Translations under genes and position numbers: made by a program | Shown: piece by piece, positions 44,584 through 54,911 of the stretch | Layout: each line of letters starts with the position of its first letter | Position numbering within the stretch: the stretch's first letter is position 1 | Notes under the pieces: generated by a model | The model's database searches: none | The model's input: only the letters and a program-made list of their open reading frames with translations | Told to the model about the DNA's origin: nothing | Source: a virus | Direction: 5' to 3' (one strand) | DNA: 64,000 nucleotides | Virus record (IMG/VR): IMGVR_UViG_3300032242_000818 | Location: 64,001-128,000 of that record

Positions 44584-46173
44584 TTATTGACCAGCAGGTT
44601 TTGGTGCATCAGCAGTTGGTGCTTCAACAGCCTGTGGCGCATTTGCTTGTAAAAAATTCTGTTGGGCAGCTTGGGTAACACCAGCAAGTTGTCCAGTACG
44701 TTCTGCATCGCTTACATGGTATTCTTCATCTTGATCCATCTGACTTTGCATTTCTTCAATTTCATCCTCAGTCTGCATAAGAACATTTTTCTTAACCCAG
44801 TCCATTGAATAAAATTTACCAAGATATGGTTCAATTAATTGTAAAGCATTTAAACGACCCATCAACACTTCATTATCTTTTAACTCAGCGTAATGATTAT
44901 CGATTACGTAGTTATAACGAATGTCTTGTTTAATTAATTCCCAGTCCTCTGGGCGCATAATATTTTTAGCGATTAACTGAACACGCAATGCGTCAGTAAA
45001 TATATGACTAAACTTTTGACGGAGTCTTACAATAAACTTATTAAACTTAACCTCATCACGACTAATTTCTTGTGCACGACCAATACTAAAACCACCTTCT
45101 TGCTGAAGACGACCAATTGGTACATTTAGAGCACGATATAATTTTTGCTGGAAGTATTCAATATCTTGGATCTCACCAAGATTTTGACCACCTGGAAGAG
45201 TAGTAATTTCAGTACCCTTACCACCTTCACGACGTGGCATCCAGAAGTCTTCCATCATTGACAAGTGGCGACGATCATCTCTGACCTCGCCTGTCGTTGC
45301 ATCATAAACAATCTTATTACGGAACTTGTTCATGATATCGTTTACGTATTGTTCTGCCTTAACCTTTGGCAAGTTACCTACGTCAACATAAAATATTCTA
45401 CGCTCAGGTGCACGACTAATACGATAGATAACTAAACTATCTTCAATCATCTTCAACTGGTTTGTTGGCTTAATTGCTTTGTGCAAATAAGACATCATCA
45501 TACCAGAGTTAGCATCTAGGAAACCAGATGGAACATAAACAACAGAATCAAGGGAGAGTTTAACACCTTGAGTTGTTTGTTCAGTAATACCTTTGTCATT
45601 GTAAAGATAGTATTCTTGTACTTCTTTAACAACCTCAACACCTTGAGGAGTTCTTGACTTAATTACATTTTTAATCCTACGAATCTTACGTGGATCAATG
45701 TAACGTAACTCAACAATTCCTTGTTTTAAATTTTTTTCATCTAATAGAATATGAAAATATAAACGACCATCAACATACCAAGTTCTAAAGATCTCATGAC
45801 CACGTTCTTGGAATTTTAATAGTTTAACTATCTCATCAAATTCAACACGAATTTTTTTCTTAATTGTTTCAGAAACATCAACATCATCTAAGTTAATAGT
45901 AACTGTTTGATCTTCTTCATCATAAACAATTGCTTCACTAACAATATCTTCAATTGCACCATCACAGTCACTGTAAGTAGCAACTTCACGATAACGACGG
46001 ATTAGGTCGTTTTCGTTTTTAATTACACCATCTAAATCCATGACCATACCGTAGTAACCACCAGCATTTACGCCAGTGTTTACTACAGTCGATCCATCTT
46101 GAGGATTAGGCGCAACAATACTGTCAATCGCACTATCCTTTTTTCTTAGGATTTCAAATCCAAATAATTGCAT
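44584..46173 (-). CDS. gp20: Portal protein
   Basis: RAPERRIFYVDVGNLP, EDFWMPRREGGKGTEI. Confidence 0.98.
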   Translation of the reverse strand: MQLFGFEILRKKDSAIDSIVAPNPQDGSTVVNTGVNAGGYYGMVMDLDGVIKNENDLIRRYREVATYSDCDGAIEDIVSEAIVYDEEDQTVTINLDDVDVSETIKKKIRVEFDEIVKLLKFQERGHEIFRTWYVDGRLYFHILLDEKNLKQGIVELRYIDPRKIRRIKNVIKSRTPQGVEVVKEVQEYYLYNDKGITEQTTQGVKLSLDSVVYVPSGFLDANSGMMMSYLHKAIKPTNQLKMIEDSLVIYRISRAPERRIFYVDVGNLPKVKAEQYVNDIMNKFRNKIVYDATTGEVRDDRRHLSMMEDFWMPRREGGKGTEITTLPGGQNLGEIQDIEYFQQKLYRALNVPIGRLQQEGGFSIGRAQEISRDEVKFNKFIVRLRQKFSHIFTDALRVQLIAKNIMRPEDWELIKQDIRYNYVIDNHYAELKDNEVLMGRLNALQLIEPYLGKFYSMDWVKKNVLMQTEDEIEEMQSQMDQDEEYHVSDAERTGQLAGVTQAAQQNFLQANAPQAVEAPTADAPKPAGQ

Positions 46174-46200
46174 TATATAATACCTTCAGGTAAATTAATA

Positions 46201-46788
46201 TTATAGTGGGAAACTACCAACTGGAGTATCAACAGAAACATTAACACCAAAGCCAGCAGCTGCGCCAGTAGCAGATGTAAAGAAGTTGTATTGGAACTCT
46301 ACATCAAACTGTTCGATAGCATTTTGTTGTTCGTAATCTAAACCGATTGCAGAAACAGTAGTTGGATAAGCATCAACAAACTTATAAGTCTTGATAATTG
46401 AACCACTACGATCTAATTGGTGTACTTGTAAGTCAACTTGGTAATCTTCAGGATTAACACGACCAGAAGTAGTATCATAGTTCTGAATACCAGATTGCCA
46501 TTGCTCTAGTGCATTACGGATACCAAAAGTAGTATCGTTGTAAATTGTCACAGTCCATGGTTGGAATGTACGCTCACCAGCAAAGTTAACTGGGCGACCA
46601 CGATAGAGAACACCGATGTTCTCAATAGTAGAAGCAGGTAACTGAGCAGCTTTACACAAGAACTGTGCACGCTGACCAGCTACTGGACCAAGAGTAACGA
46701 AACTTGGAAAGGTTAGTTCAACACGGAATTGGTTTGGGCGAGCACCGCCACCCAACATCTGCGCTTTAAAATCAGCAATATTTGCCAT
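46201..46788 (-). CDS. gp19: Tail tube protein
   Basis: GGARPNQF, AGERTFQPWTVT; late promoter at 46809-46815. Confidence 0.95.
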   Translation of the reverse strand: MANIADFKAQMLGGGARPNQFRVELTFPSFVTLGPVAGQRAQFLCKAAQLPASTIENIGVLYRGRPVNFAGERTFQPWTVTIYNDTTFGIRNALEQWQSGIQNYDTTSGRVNPEDYQVDLQVHQLDRSGSIIKTYKFVDAYPTTVSAIGLDYEQQNAIEQFDVEFQYNFFTSATGAAAGFGVNVSVDTPVGSFPL

Positions 46789-46821
46789 TTATTTCTCCTT
46801 AGTTCTTTTATTTATCTACTA

Positions 46822-48996
46822 TTAAGCACCGACTTCAGTAAAGCTGATAGAAGAACGAGCAGCAATAAAGTTCAGAGTAATGTAGTTGATAGAACGATTT
46901 GGCTTAACATAGATGTCAGCAACAAAGTTATTAGAATCAATAACTTCACCAGTGTTGTTAGATCCATCGCATACTACTTTAAAATCAGTAATACCACGAC
47001 GACCTTGTACACCACGTAAGAATGGTTCTACTAGGTTACGGAATTGTGCTTGAGTAAAGCTGTCGTTGAATTCAAACAACTGGAACTTAGCAGCAGTAGC
47101 AATTGATTTTTCCATAACGATGAATAGACGACGTACGTTAATACGATCGAAAGCAGATGGTTTAGCAAGCAATGTCTTGTCACCGAATAGAACAGTACCT
47201 TCACCTGGGAAAGTAACAACTGGGTTAACACCAGCAGCGTAAAGAACATCACGATCTGCTTTAGTTGGATTAACTGCCAATTTAACTACGTTCTTAATCT
47301 GACCACGATTTAAACCACCTGGAGAGAACCATGGGTCATTAGTGTTGTCAGTACGAGCGCATAGACCAGCAACGTCGCCATTCAAAGGAACAAAACGATA
47401 TACGTCATTGTAACGATCGTATTGGTATTTGTAACCAGAATCCATAACAGCATATGAAGTGCTAGAGATTGCATTACGGAAAGCAACTAGAGGAGTTGTG
47501 GCAGTAGAGCCATTTCCAGTAATCGGAGCACCAGTAGACAAGTTTTGTGGAGATACGAATGCTACGCAGTCAAGACGTGTTTCACAGATATTAGAAATAA
47601 TATACTGAGCAACAGTAGCAGTAACACCACCGCATGGAACTAAAGAGATGTCATAAGTGGCATCATCAGCATATAATGACCATGCAGTTTGTAGTTGACC
47701 ATCAGTAGCTGCAAGATCATCAACACCACCAGATAGTGAACGATCAATAGGAGCAGATAAGTTTACAAAAGTTTTGGCAGTTGAAGACGTACCCCAATTT
47801 GTACCAGAAGTAGGGTGATCCATCCAGTAGATATATTTAGAATCACCATTAATTACGTTAGCGTAATAGTTGCTAGTACCATTTGGTAATTTACCATCAG
47901 ATGATTTAGAAACATAAGCAAATTTTTCTAAAATAGATCCTGGAACACCAGTCCATAAACCATCTTCATCGATAACGATTACGTGTAATTCGTCTTGTGA
48001 ACCACCAACACTAGTAGCCCAAGTAGATGTACCTGGAGCAGTATTAAAGTTAGAAGCGTATGTCCAAGTAGAGAAACCTACTGAATCACACATAGAAACT
48101 TTTAATGAGTTACCTAATGTTCCTGGATACTTAGCAGCCCACTCACCAACAGTACCTGCGCCTGTTGAGTATGTGTTTAGATAATCTGTGGTATTATTAA
48201 TTTTTACGCCACCAGTAGTTACAGCAGCAGTAAATGTAGCACCAGTACCGCCACCACCAGAAATAGTAACTGTAGGAGTAAGAGTATAACCTGTACCTGG
48301 ATTAGTAATAGTAATAGAAGCAACAGTAGAAGAAGAGATTGTAACAGTTCCAAGGGTAGCATTAATACCAGAGCCTACGTTACCAAGAGTAGCAGTAGGC
48401 GCAGAAGTATATCCTGACCCACCAGAAATAACTACGATACCAGTAATTGCGCCACCAGAAACAGTAACAGTACCTGTAGCAGTAGTACCACCAACAACTT
48501 GAGGAGCACTAAATGTTACGATAACACCAGAAACATATCCTGAACCACCAGCAGAAACAGTTACAGCAGTAACAGCGCCACCAGAAAGAACAGCAGTACC
48601 AGTTGCTTGAACACCACCAGAAACATCTGGAGTATTAAACGTAACTGTAGGGACAGAAGTATATCCTGATCCAGGAGCAGTTCTAGTTACAGAAGTTACA
48701 GTGCCAGATAGAGTAGCAACAGCATTACGTGCATTAGTTGTATCCGCACGAGTTACTAATAAAGCATTAGTATAAGATAGGAAGTTTGCTGCAGTAAAGA
48801 AAGATTTATAATTAACATCATTTGGTTTACCAAAGAGAGAAACTAGTTCGTTCTCTGAAGTAACCTGAGTTGGGGACATAACTGGACCCCATTGGAAAGC
48901 ACCAGCAAAAGCACCACGGCTTGTAGATACTGCTGGAACGATCGCTGAAAAATCTTTTTCTACGACTGCAACGCCTGGAGATAATTGGAAAGGCAT
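46822..48996 (-). CDS. gp18: Tail sheath protein with a G/S/T-rich insertion
   Basis: SPGVAVVEKD, WFSPGG.NRG, FDRINVRRLF; late promoter at 49052-49058. Confidence 0.96.
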   Translation of the reverse strand: MPFQLSPGVAVVEKDFSAIVPAVSTSRGAFAGAFQWGPVMSPTQVTSENELVSLFGKPNDVNYKSFFTAANFLSYTNALLVTRADTTNARNAVATLSGTVTSVTRTAPGSGYTSVPTVTFNTPDVSGGVQATGTAVLSGGAVTAVTVSAGGSGYVSGVIVTFSAPQVVGGTTATGTVTVSGGAITGIVVISGGSGYTSAPTATLGNVGSGINATLGTVTISSSTVASITITNPGTGYTLTPTVTISGGGGTGATFTAAVTTGGVKINNTTDYLNTYSTGAGTVGEWAAKYPGTLGNSLKVSMCDSVGFSTWTYASNFNTAPGTSTWATSVGGSQDELHVIVIDEDGLWTGVPGSILEKFAYVSKSSDGKLPNGTSNYYANVINGDSKYIYWMDHPTSGTNWGTSSTAKTFVNLSAPIDRSLSGGVDDLAATDGQLQTAWSLYADDATYDISLVPCGGVTATVAQYIISNICETRLDCVAFVSPQNLSTGAPITGNGSTATTPLVAFRNAISSTSYAVMDSGYKYQYDRYNDVYRFVPLNGDVAGLCARTDNTNDPWFSPGGLNRGQIKNVVKLAVNPTKADRDVLYAAGVNPVVTFPGEGTVLFGDKTLLAKPSAFDRINVRRLFIVMEKSIATAAKFQLFEFNDSFTQAQFRNLVEPFLRGVQGRRGITDFKVVCDGSNNTGEVIDSNNFVADIYVKPNRSINYITLNFIAARSSISFTEVGA

Positions 48997-49073
48997 TGTA
49001 ATTCTCCTTGTTAATAAGTTTTACTTTTAGACAGAAATCTTGTCTACCATTTATTTAGTTTTTATTGGTTTTC

Positions 49074-50651
49074 TCAAAAATTCAATGGATCTTTTTCGCC
49101 ATTTCCATCATCATAGAACCCAAAGGGAGTAAGTTCATCCTCAATCGCTTGAATCTGTTTCTCGTACATAATAGTTCTTAGGTTTATGTTATTTAGGTCT
49201 TTAAAATATGGCTGAGTTGTAAGCCATCCGAAAAGAACTAAAGGCATAACCAAGTCATCATGGTATCCCTCATCTGCCTCATACGAACCTTTTTTCTCAA
49301 TAAAAGTAGAGATTTCAGAGATCGTATCCGCATCAGTGATTAATAATTTATTTTCTTCGACTAAAGACTTGAAGTTATGACACCCAATTCGTTTAATCTT
49401 TTTATCAGTGTTAACTCCAAGTTGTGTTTTACCACCACCGAAACCAGCACCAACATATTGCCCATTAGTATGTCTATTAACAAACAGGATATTCTCATAT
49501 TCTAATTCATTGTATATGATATGGGCAACCTGTTCGCTAACATTTATCTCAATTAAGAGATATGCTTCATTATATTCTTTACCTATTTTGTATAAAATGT
49601 TTGGATATAGTAGAGGACTAATGTCATTCTTTCTATACTTTGCAACAATTCTATATGGTGATTCAGTAATATCAATAACCTGAAATGCTGAGTAGTCGCC
49701 ACCAACACCTTTTGCGACGTCAGCCACTAAACAATATGTATGACCTTTTTGTGGTCTTACATAAACATCCAATCCATCTTTTTCGTAGATCTTTGGATCA
49801 ATAGGCATTCTAGCAATAACATCGGCATTGATCAATGTTAAACTAGAACCTAAGAATTTACAAGTAACCTCTTGGTTATATTTAAGTTCACCAAGCATTG
49901 CCTTTTGTTCAGCTGCCCATTTTTCATCACGACCTGGAATTTCCCAATAAGGAATAAACAATGGAGTAAAACCATTACGACCATTCTCAGCATCATTCCA
50001 GAATTTCCAGAAGTGATTATAACCAAGTGGTGTTGAACTCAGCAGAATCTTAGTTGTTTCACCAGCAGAAATAGTTGGGTAAACAGAAGTAAAGAATTCT
50101 TCAGCTACGTTATTAGGAATAATCGCAGCCTCATCAACGTAAAGCATGTTAACAGACTTACCACGGATACCAGAAGTAGAAGTTGCAGCAGTAAATACTT
50201 TGCTACCATTTTCTAATTCAATATCACCTTTGTTCCAAGTAGTAACACCTTGTTGCATCCAAATAGGCAGCATCTCATACATAGTTTGATAACGATCTAG
50301 TACTTCTCTTGCAGATGGTGCTTTATTAGCCAATATGGCAACAGTTTTATTTGCTTGGAATAAAGTATACCATAAGATATATGCGGCAGAAGTAGTAGTC
50401 TTACCTTGTTGACGACCTTCCATAAGAATGATGCGTCGGTTATTATGAATAACATCCAACTTTTTCTTTTGACACTCATATAACTTAAACAGCTGAAGAC
50501 CATGGTCAAGCGTAACAATATAGCAATAATTTTCTACAAAGTAAATATAATCCTGAGCACATTTCATATACTCACGAATATTATCTGGTGTAAAATCAAC
50601 AGTAACACCAGCAGCTTTTAAGTTCGAATTCGAATTATATATTTCTGCCAT
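49074..50651 (-). CDS. gp17: Terminase large subunit
   Basis: RQQGKTT, YVDEAA, DVAKGVGGDYS, HDDLVM. Confidence 0.97.
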   Translation of the reverse strand: MAEIYNSNSNLKAAGVTVDFTPDNIREYMKCAQDYIYFVENYCYIVTLDHGLQLFKLYECQKKKLDVIHNNRRIILMEGRQQGKTTTSAAYILWYTLFQANKTVAILANKAPSAREVLDRYQTMYEMLPIWMQQGVTTWNKGDIELENGSKVFTAATSTSGIRGKSVNMLYVDEAAIIPNNVAEEFFTSVYPTISAGETTKILLSSTPLGYNHFWKFWNDAENGRNGFTPLFIPYWEIPGRDEKWAAEQKAMLGELKYNQEVTCKFLGSSLTLINADVIARMPIDPKIYEKDGLDVYVRPQKGHTYCLVADVAKGVGGDYSAFQVIDITESPYRIVAKYRKNDISPLLYPNILYKIGKEYNEAYLLIEINVSEQVAHIIYNELEYENILFVNRHTNGQYVGAGFGGGKTQLGVNTDKKIKRIGCHNFKSLVEENKLLITDADTISEISTFIEKKGSYEADEGYHDDLVMPLVLFGWLTTQPYFKDLNNINLRTIMYEKQIQAIEDELTPFGFYDDGNGEKDPLNF

Positions 50652-51401
50652 TTATAAACCTTGGCCAGTCCACTGCTCCGAAGTAACTGTTGCACTAGTC
50701 AAATCGCCTTGCGCAACATAAACTCTATGAGCACCAGCAACTTCATTCTCTCCAATATTAGCATTAACCTGAGTAATAATATTTTGACCAGAAACTGGAC
50801 CGTATAGATTAAGTTTCATTTCAAAGTTAAGTGTATGAGTAACAAATCTTCTATCTGTAAATGAACCATCATACTCATCAACAACTGATACACTATTTAA
50901 AATAACTGGAACATCCATGGTAATCCCCATCTCAGGAACCATGTTAATTGTTAAATTATATTCAGGTGTAAAAGTAGGAAGGATCTGTTCAATAATTTGC
51001 ATACCATCTTCTTGTGTTTTTGTTAACACATAAAGGGACAAATCTAAATTATATGGAACAGGGGTATATACAGTTGGCTTAGTTGAAGCAGATGCATCTG
51101 ATTGAATCTGCTGCATACGATTTAGTTTACGAGAAGAATCATAAGTATAACCCATAATCTCAAAAGACATTCTTGGTAAAGAAATCATAGTTGTGTTATT
51201 TTCTAAATCAGACTGCTGATCTAAACGAACTAACCATTTTTCTTTTGGTGCATATGAAAGAGGAACTTGTAAACGCTGAATAGTATCACCATTAACAGAG
51301 TCGCCTTGTTTGCGATCAATATAAACATCGCTGAATAAACGACCGAATGCTACGATCGCCTTTCTTATAGAACCATGATAGTAAACATTTCCATTAAGCA
51401 T
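50652..51401 (-). CDS. gp15: Tail sheath stabilizer / terminator
   Basis: VPLSYAPKEK, LPRMSFE, QIIEQILPTF. Confidence 0.93.
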   Translation of the reverse strand: MLNGNVYYHGSIRKAIVAFGRLFSDVYIDRKQGDSVNGDTIQRLQVPLSYAPKEKWLVRLDQQSDLENNTTMISLPRMSFEIMGYTYDSSRKLNRMQQIQSDASASTKPTVYTPVPYNLDLSLYVLTKTQEDGMQIIEQILPTFTPEYNLTINMVPEMGITMDVPVILNSVSVVDEYDGSFTDRRFVTHTLNFEMKLNLYGPVSGQNIITQVNANIGENEVAGAHRVYVAQGDLTSATVTSEQWTGQGL

Positions 51402-52323
51402 TGTTTATTTCTCCGAATGGATTATGTTCGTCAAAGTTTATTACACCAGTTGCTGCAGTTTTAAATGTATCATTCTCACCAAAACCATCAGAAGATTTAT
51501 TGATATCAATATCAATGGTTGTCGTTGCAGCAGCACCACTTCCACCGCCACCAATAAAACTTACAGTTGGAGCAATAGAATAACCAGTACCTGCGTTTGT
51601 GATAGTTATCCCAGTAATCTTATTTAAAGTTGCACCAGTTGTTCCTCTAATTGCAGTAGCCGCAGCACCGATTCCAGAAGAACTAGTAAATACAACAGTT
51701 GGAACAGAAGTATATCCTGAACCACTATTTGTTAATGTAATAGTATGCACACGACCATGAATGTTTCTAGTAGTATTAGTACTGAATGTTTTAAGAGATT
51801 CAAATGCATCAACCTCAGCAATACCAGTATCAATTCTTTCTGAAGAGTACTGGAATAATTCAACTTGAAGTTTATAAACATATAGTTTACCGAGTTGATA
51901 AAATGGATCTAGATGTTGAACAAATTTAAGTTCAAACAAACCACCAGTAAGCGGGAAGTAAATTAAATCACCTTCATTTGGGCGAGAAGGAATTGTAGTT
52001 GCACCATAACGACCAACCAATTGATTCCAACGTCTACGAGCAACTACTAAAGTTGCAGACTGTTCAATCATTAAACCAAACTTCTGAATGAAAGCACCCT
52101 GACCACCAAATGAGTCTACGTTCTCAAAATACATTTCGATAGGAAATGCAGTTTTAAATTGAGAAAGGCGATCTTCACCTAGAACATTATCCTTAGATAC
52201 TAAGGATCTTGGAATGTAGAATACCTCATTACCATAAATCTTTAATGATTCAATGATAATATCTTCAATCAGGTACTGTTCGTTTTTAGTTCCCTGAGAA
52301 AAATATACATTTACTGTAGACAT
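51394..52323 (-). CDS. gp14: Neck protein
   Basis: ESLKIYG..FYIPR, PNEGDLIYFP, PFYQLGK; GSGYT insertion. Confidence 0.93.
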   Translation of the reverse strand: MSTVNVYFSQGTKNEQYLIEDIIIESLKIYGNEVFYIPRSLVSKDNVLGEDRLSQFKTAFPIEMYFENVDSFGGQGAFIQKFGLMIEQSATLVVARRRWNQLVGRYGATTIPSRPNEGDLIYFPLTGGLFELKFVQHLDPFYQLGKLYVYKLQVELFQYSSERIDTGIAEVDAFESLKTFSTNTTRNIHGRVHTITLTNSGSGYTSVPTVVFTSSSGIGAAATAIRGTTGATLNKITGITITNAGTGYSIAPTVSFIGGGGSGAAATTTIDIDINKSSDGFGENDTFKTAATGVINFDEHNPFGEINNA

Positions 52324-52324
52324 T

Positions 52325-53290
52325 TTATCCTAAGAAGAATTCTAGCGGAGCTGATTTATTTTGTAATTCGTCTTCTAAGGTTTGAATTTCATTCATGGCT
52401 TCAGCATATAACTTATCGCCATCTAATGTTACGCCACCTGGAAGTTGAAGACCTGTAAATTTCTTTAGGTTAGTACCCCATTGACGTTTGAATTGAGCAG
52501 TAGTATAACGCTTGATCCAGTTTTCATTCCAAACCTTTGAGAACTCAGCTGGGTCAAGAGCACGATATGCTTGAACAATAATATAGTCCCCAAACTGAAC
52601 ATCAGTTGCCCAGTTAATATCTAAGTAAAGACGATTTTGTAAACGATTAAAGCGATATAGCGTATGTCCATTCAACTCTAAATCTAACAGAGCCAAATGA
52701 GACATAACAGTTTTAAAGTAAATGATAGATGTAGATGTTAAATCATACAAGTCATTTAAACGTAATTGATATTGCAAATCAAAGATATTCTTAGAAGAAG
52801 ATGCTTGACCAATGGATAGCACTTTTTGTACACCGTAAACAGCATCGGGAATATCTATGTATTTCTTATCGTACTCACCAAGCGTACAAGGAGTACCTGA
52901 ACCAAGAGTAGCAGTAACACCGCCACCAGTAATAGTTTCACCAGCAATAAAAGTACCAACTACGTTTTTAACAAGTAGTGTATTACCAGTAGAAGCAACT
53001 GAGTTTTCTCTAGTTACTGTTGCCTTTGCGCCAGAAGTCCCACCAACGATTGGTTGTTCTAAACCAAACGATGCAGCATTACCTGTAGTAAGAGTAATAG
53101 TTGAAGCGTGGATTTGACACTTAAGATATATTTGTTCTATACCCTCATAGTGATATAGACGCCAGTAATCTAGCACCTGATCAATACGATCTTCTAACTG
53201 ATCATCGTCTACGTTAATCTCCAAAACTGGAGCACCTAGATCTCTGAGGCAGTATTGCTTTAGATCTTCTCTACTTGTTGGGATTGCCAT
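52325..53290 (-). CDS. gp13: Neck protein
   Basis: LGAPVLEINV, KRQWGTNLKKF..QLPGGVTLDG. Confidence 0.94.
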   Translation of the reverse strand: MAIPTSREDLKQYCLRDLGAPVLEINVDDDQLEDRIDQVLDYWRLYHYEGIEQIYLKCQIHASTITLTTGNAASFGLEQPIVGGTSGAKATVTRENSVASTGNTLLVKNVVGTFIAGETITGGGVTATLGSGTPCTLGEYDKKYIDIPDAVYGVQKVLSIGQASSSKNIFDLQYQLRLNDLYDLTSTSIIYFKTVMSHLALLDLELNGHTLYRFNRLQNRLYLDINWATDVQFGDYIIVQAYRALDPAEFSKVWNENWIKRYTTAQFKRQWGTNLKKFTGLQLPGGVTLDGDKLYAEAMNEIQTLEDELQNKSAPLEFFLG

Positions 53291-53301
53291 TTAATTATAC
53301 C

Positions 53302-54888
53302 TTAGATCTTAAATGCGAGTGCTTCACCTTTAATTACTGCTGTTCCAGAAGAACAAGTAGCATAAATGGTTAGAGTATTGGAAGAAATAGTTGCAGTAAA
53401 CGTAGTATTAGTTGCACCAGTTTGAATTTCAACTGCAGTTAAGTAGTTGTCAGACAAAGTTACGGTAGTACCATCATGAACAAACATTAAACGCAAAACT
53501 CTATATGCAGTACCATTGGTAACTAACATTTCAATAGTGCCACCACGATGAACTGTTTTATCAAAAGTAGTAATAGCAGTTGCACCAGTTCCAGAAGTAG
53601 TACCTGTAAATGTTTTTAAACTTCTAATACTATCTTCAATATCAGAAGTATTAATTTGTGTAATAACTGTTTCAGTATTAACAGTACTAGTTGTACCTTG
53701 AACTGTTAAGTTACCAGCGATAGTAACGCCAGAATTGGTAATACCCATTGCTTTCTGCGCAGCATTACCAGCTACGTTCTGAACAAAGAATTCCAATTCA
53801 CCGTTGGCAGCACCAGCAGAAGTTTCTGCTCTGATGTAAGTATATTTGTTAACAGAAGAAACACCACCAAGTGAAGACCAAGCACCAGAAGAATATCCCT
53901 CGAAAGAAACTTGATCGCTATTGTAGCGGATCATACCAGTTGCTGGAGTCCAAGAACGCTGAGCAGTTGTGCCGACTGGAACTTGTAAATAACCAAGAAC
54001 AGTAATACCAGTAATACTACCAGCAGTTGGAGTTGTGCCACCAGTAACTGTAACAGTAATACTTGTTGAAGAAACAATACTTGCAATTACTACGCTAGTA
54101 GGTGAATTATATAAAGTCCCAGTTCCTCCAGTTACTTTAATTTCTTGACCAACAGAAAGACCAGTTGTTGATGACATACCAGTAACTGTTACTGTCCATG
54201 GACCAGAACCAGTAATATTTGGAGAAGTAATTGTACCATTACCAAAACTACCATTACCCATTATTAGGTTGGTTAAACCAGAGAACGTAGTTACTGTTCC
54301 ACCAAGAGGAACAGCAGTAGATCCAAGAATAACTTGACCAGCTGCCCAAGTAGGAGAATAACCAGCACCAGCTGATTGTAAGAACGTACCAGATGCGCCA
54401 GCAGTAATGAATGTAGTTAAAGATGTATCAGACTGAATCAATAACTGACCAGCAGAACCACCAGTAATGTTAGAAGCAGAAGTAGCAGTAGTAGCATTAC
54501 CAGCAGTAACAGAGGAAGCGTTAACCCAAACTGGAGAACCTGTACCACCAGAAACTAAAATTTGTCCAGAAGTACCTGCAGCAGAAAGAGCTAAACCAGA
54601 AGCACCAGAATAAGCAATCGCACCAGCAACACCACTCAATGAAGATCCTGTACCACCATATGCTAACCCAACAGCTGTACCAGTCCAAACAGAACCAGTA
54701 CTAAAAGTTTTATTGAGAGCAGTCTGGGCAGTAGTAGTGTTCAGCATAATCGCTGCGCCACCACCAGTCACACCATCGTGAAGTCGGATTGTTTTTACAT
54801 CGGTATCGATCGAGATCTCACCATTCGCCCCAGTGAACGCATTGTTCTGGGTAGTAGTTCCTCGTCTAAATTGTACTTGTGTTGACAT
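53302..54888 (-). CDS. Fibre-like protein with an Mtd-like N-terminal module
   Basis: QVQFRRGTT..FTGANGEI..DT...HDG; G/S/T-rich body; late promoter at 54909-54915. Confidence 0.7.
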   Translation of the reverse strand: MSTQVQFRRGTTTQNNAFTGANGEISIDTDVKTIRLHDGVTGGGAAIMLNTTTAQTALNKTFSTGSVWTGTAVGLAYGGTGSSLSGVAGAIAYSGASGLALSAAGTSGQILVSGGTGSPVWVNASSVTAGNATTATSASNITGGSAGQLLIQSDTSLTTFITAGASGTFLQSAGAGYSPTWAAGQVILGSTAVPLGGTVTTFSGLTNLIMGNGSFGNGTITSPNITGSGPWTVTVTGMSSTTGLSVGQEIKVTGGTGTLYNSPTSVVIASIVSSTSITVTVTGGTTPTAGSITGITVLGYLQVPVGTTAQRSWTPATGMIRYNSDQVSFEGYSSGAWSSLGGVSSVNKYTYIRAETSAGAANGELEFFVQNVAGNAAQKAMGITNSGVTIAGNLTVQGTTSTVNTETVITQINTSDIEDSIRSLKTFTGTTSGTGATAITTFDKTVHRGGTIEMLVTNGTAYRVLRLMFVHDGTTVTLSDNYLTAVEIQTGATNTTFTATISSNTLTIYATCSSGTAVIKGEALAFKI

Positions 54889-54911
54889 AGTCTTCCTCTA
54901 TTTTTGTATAT

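Noticed and set aside
8001-50651. Introns, inteins or stop-codon recoding in core genes
   Set aside because: gp41, gp43, gp46, uvsW and gp17 are uninterrupted and of normal length; TAA, TAG and TGA all end genes.
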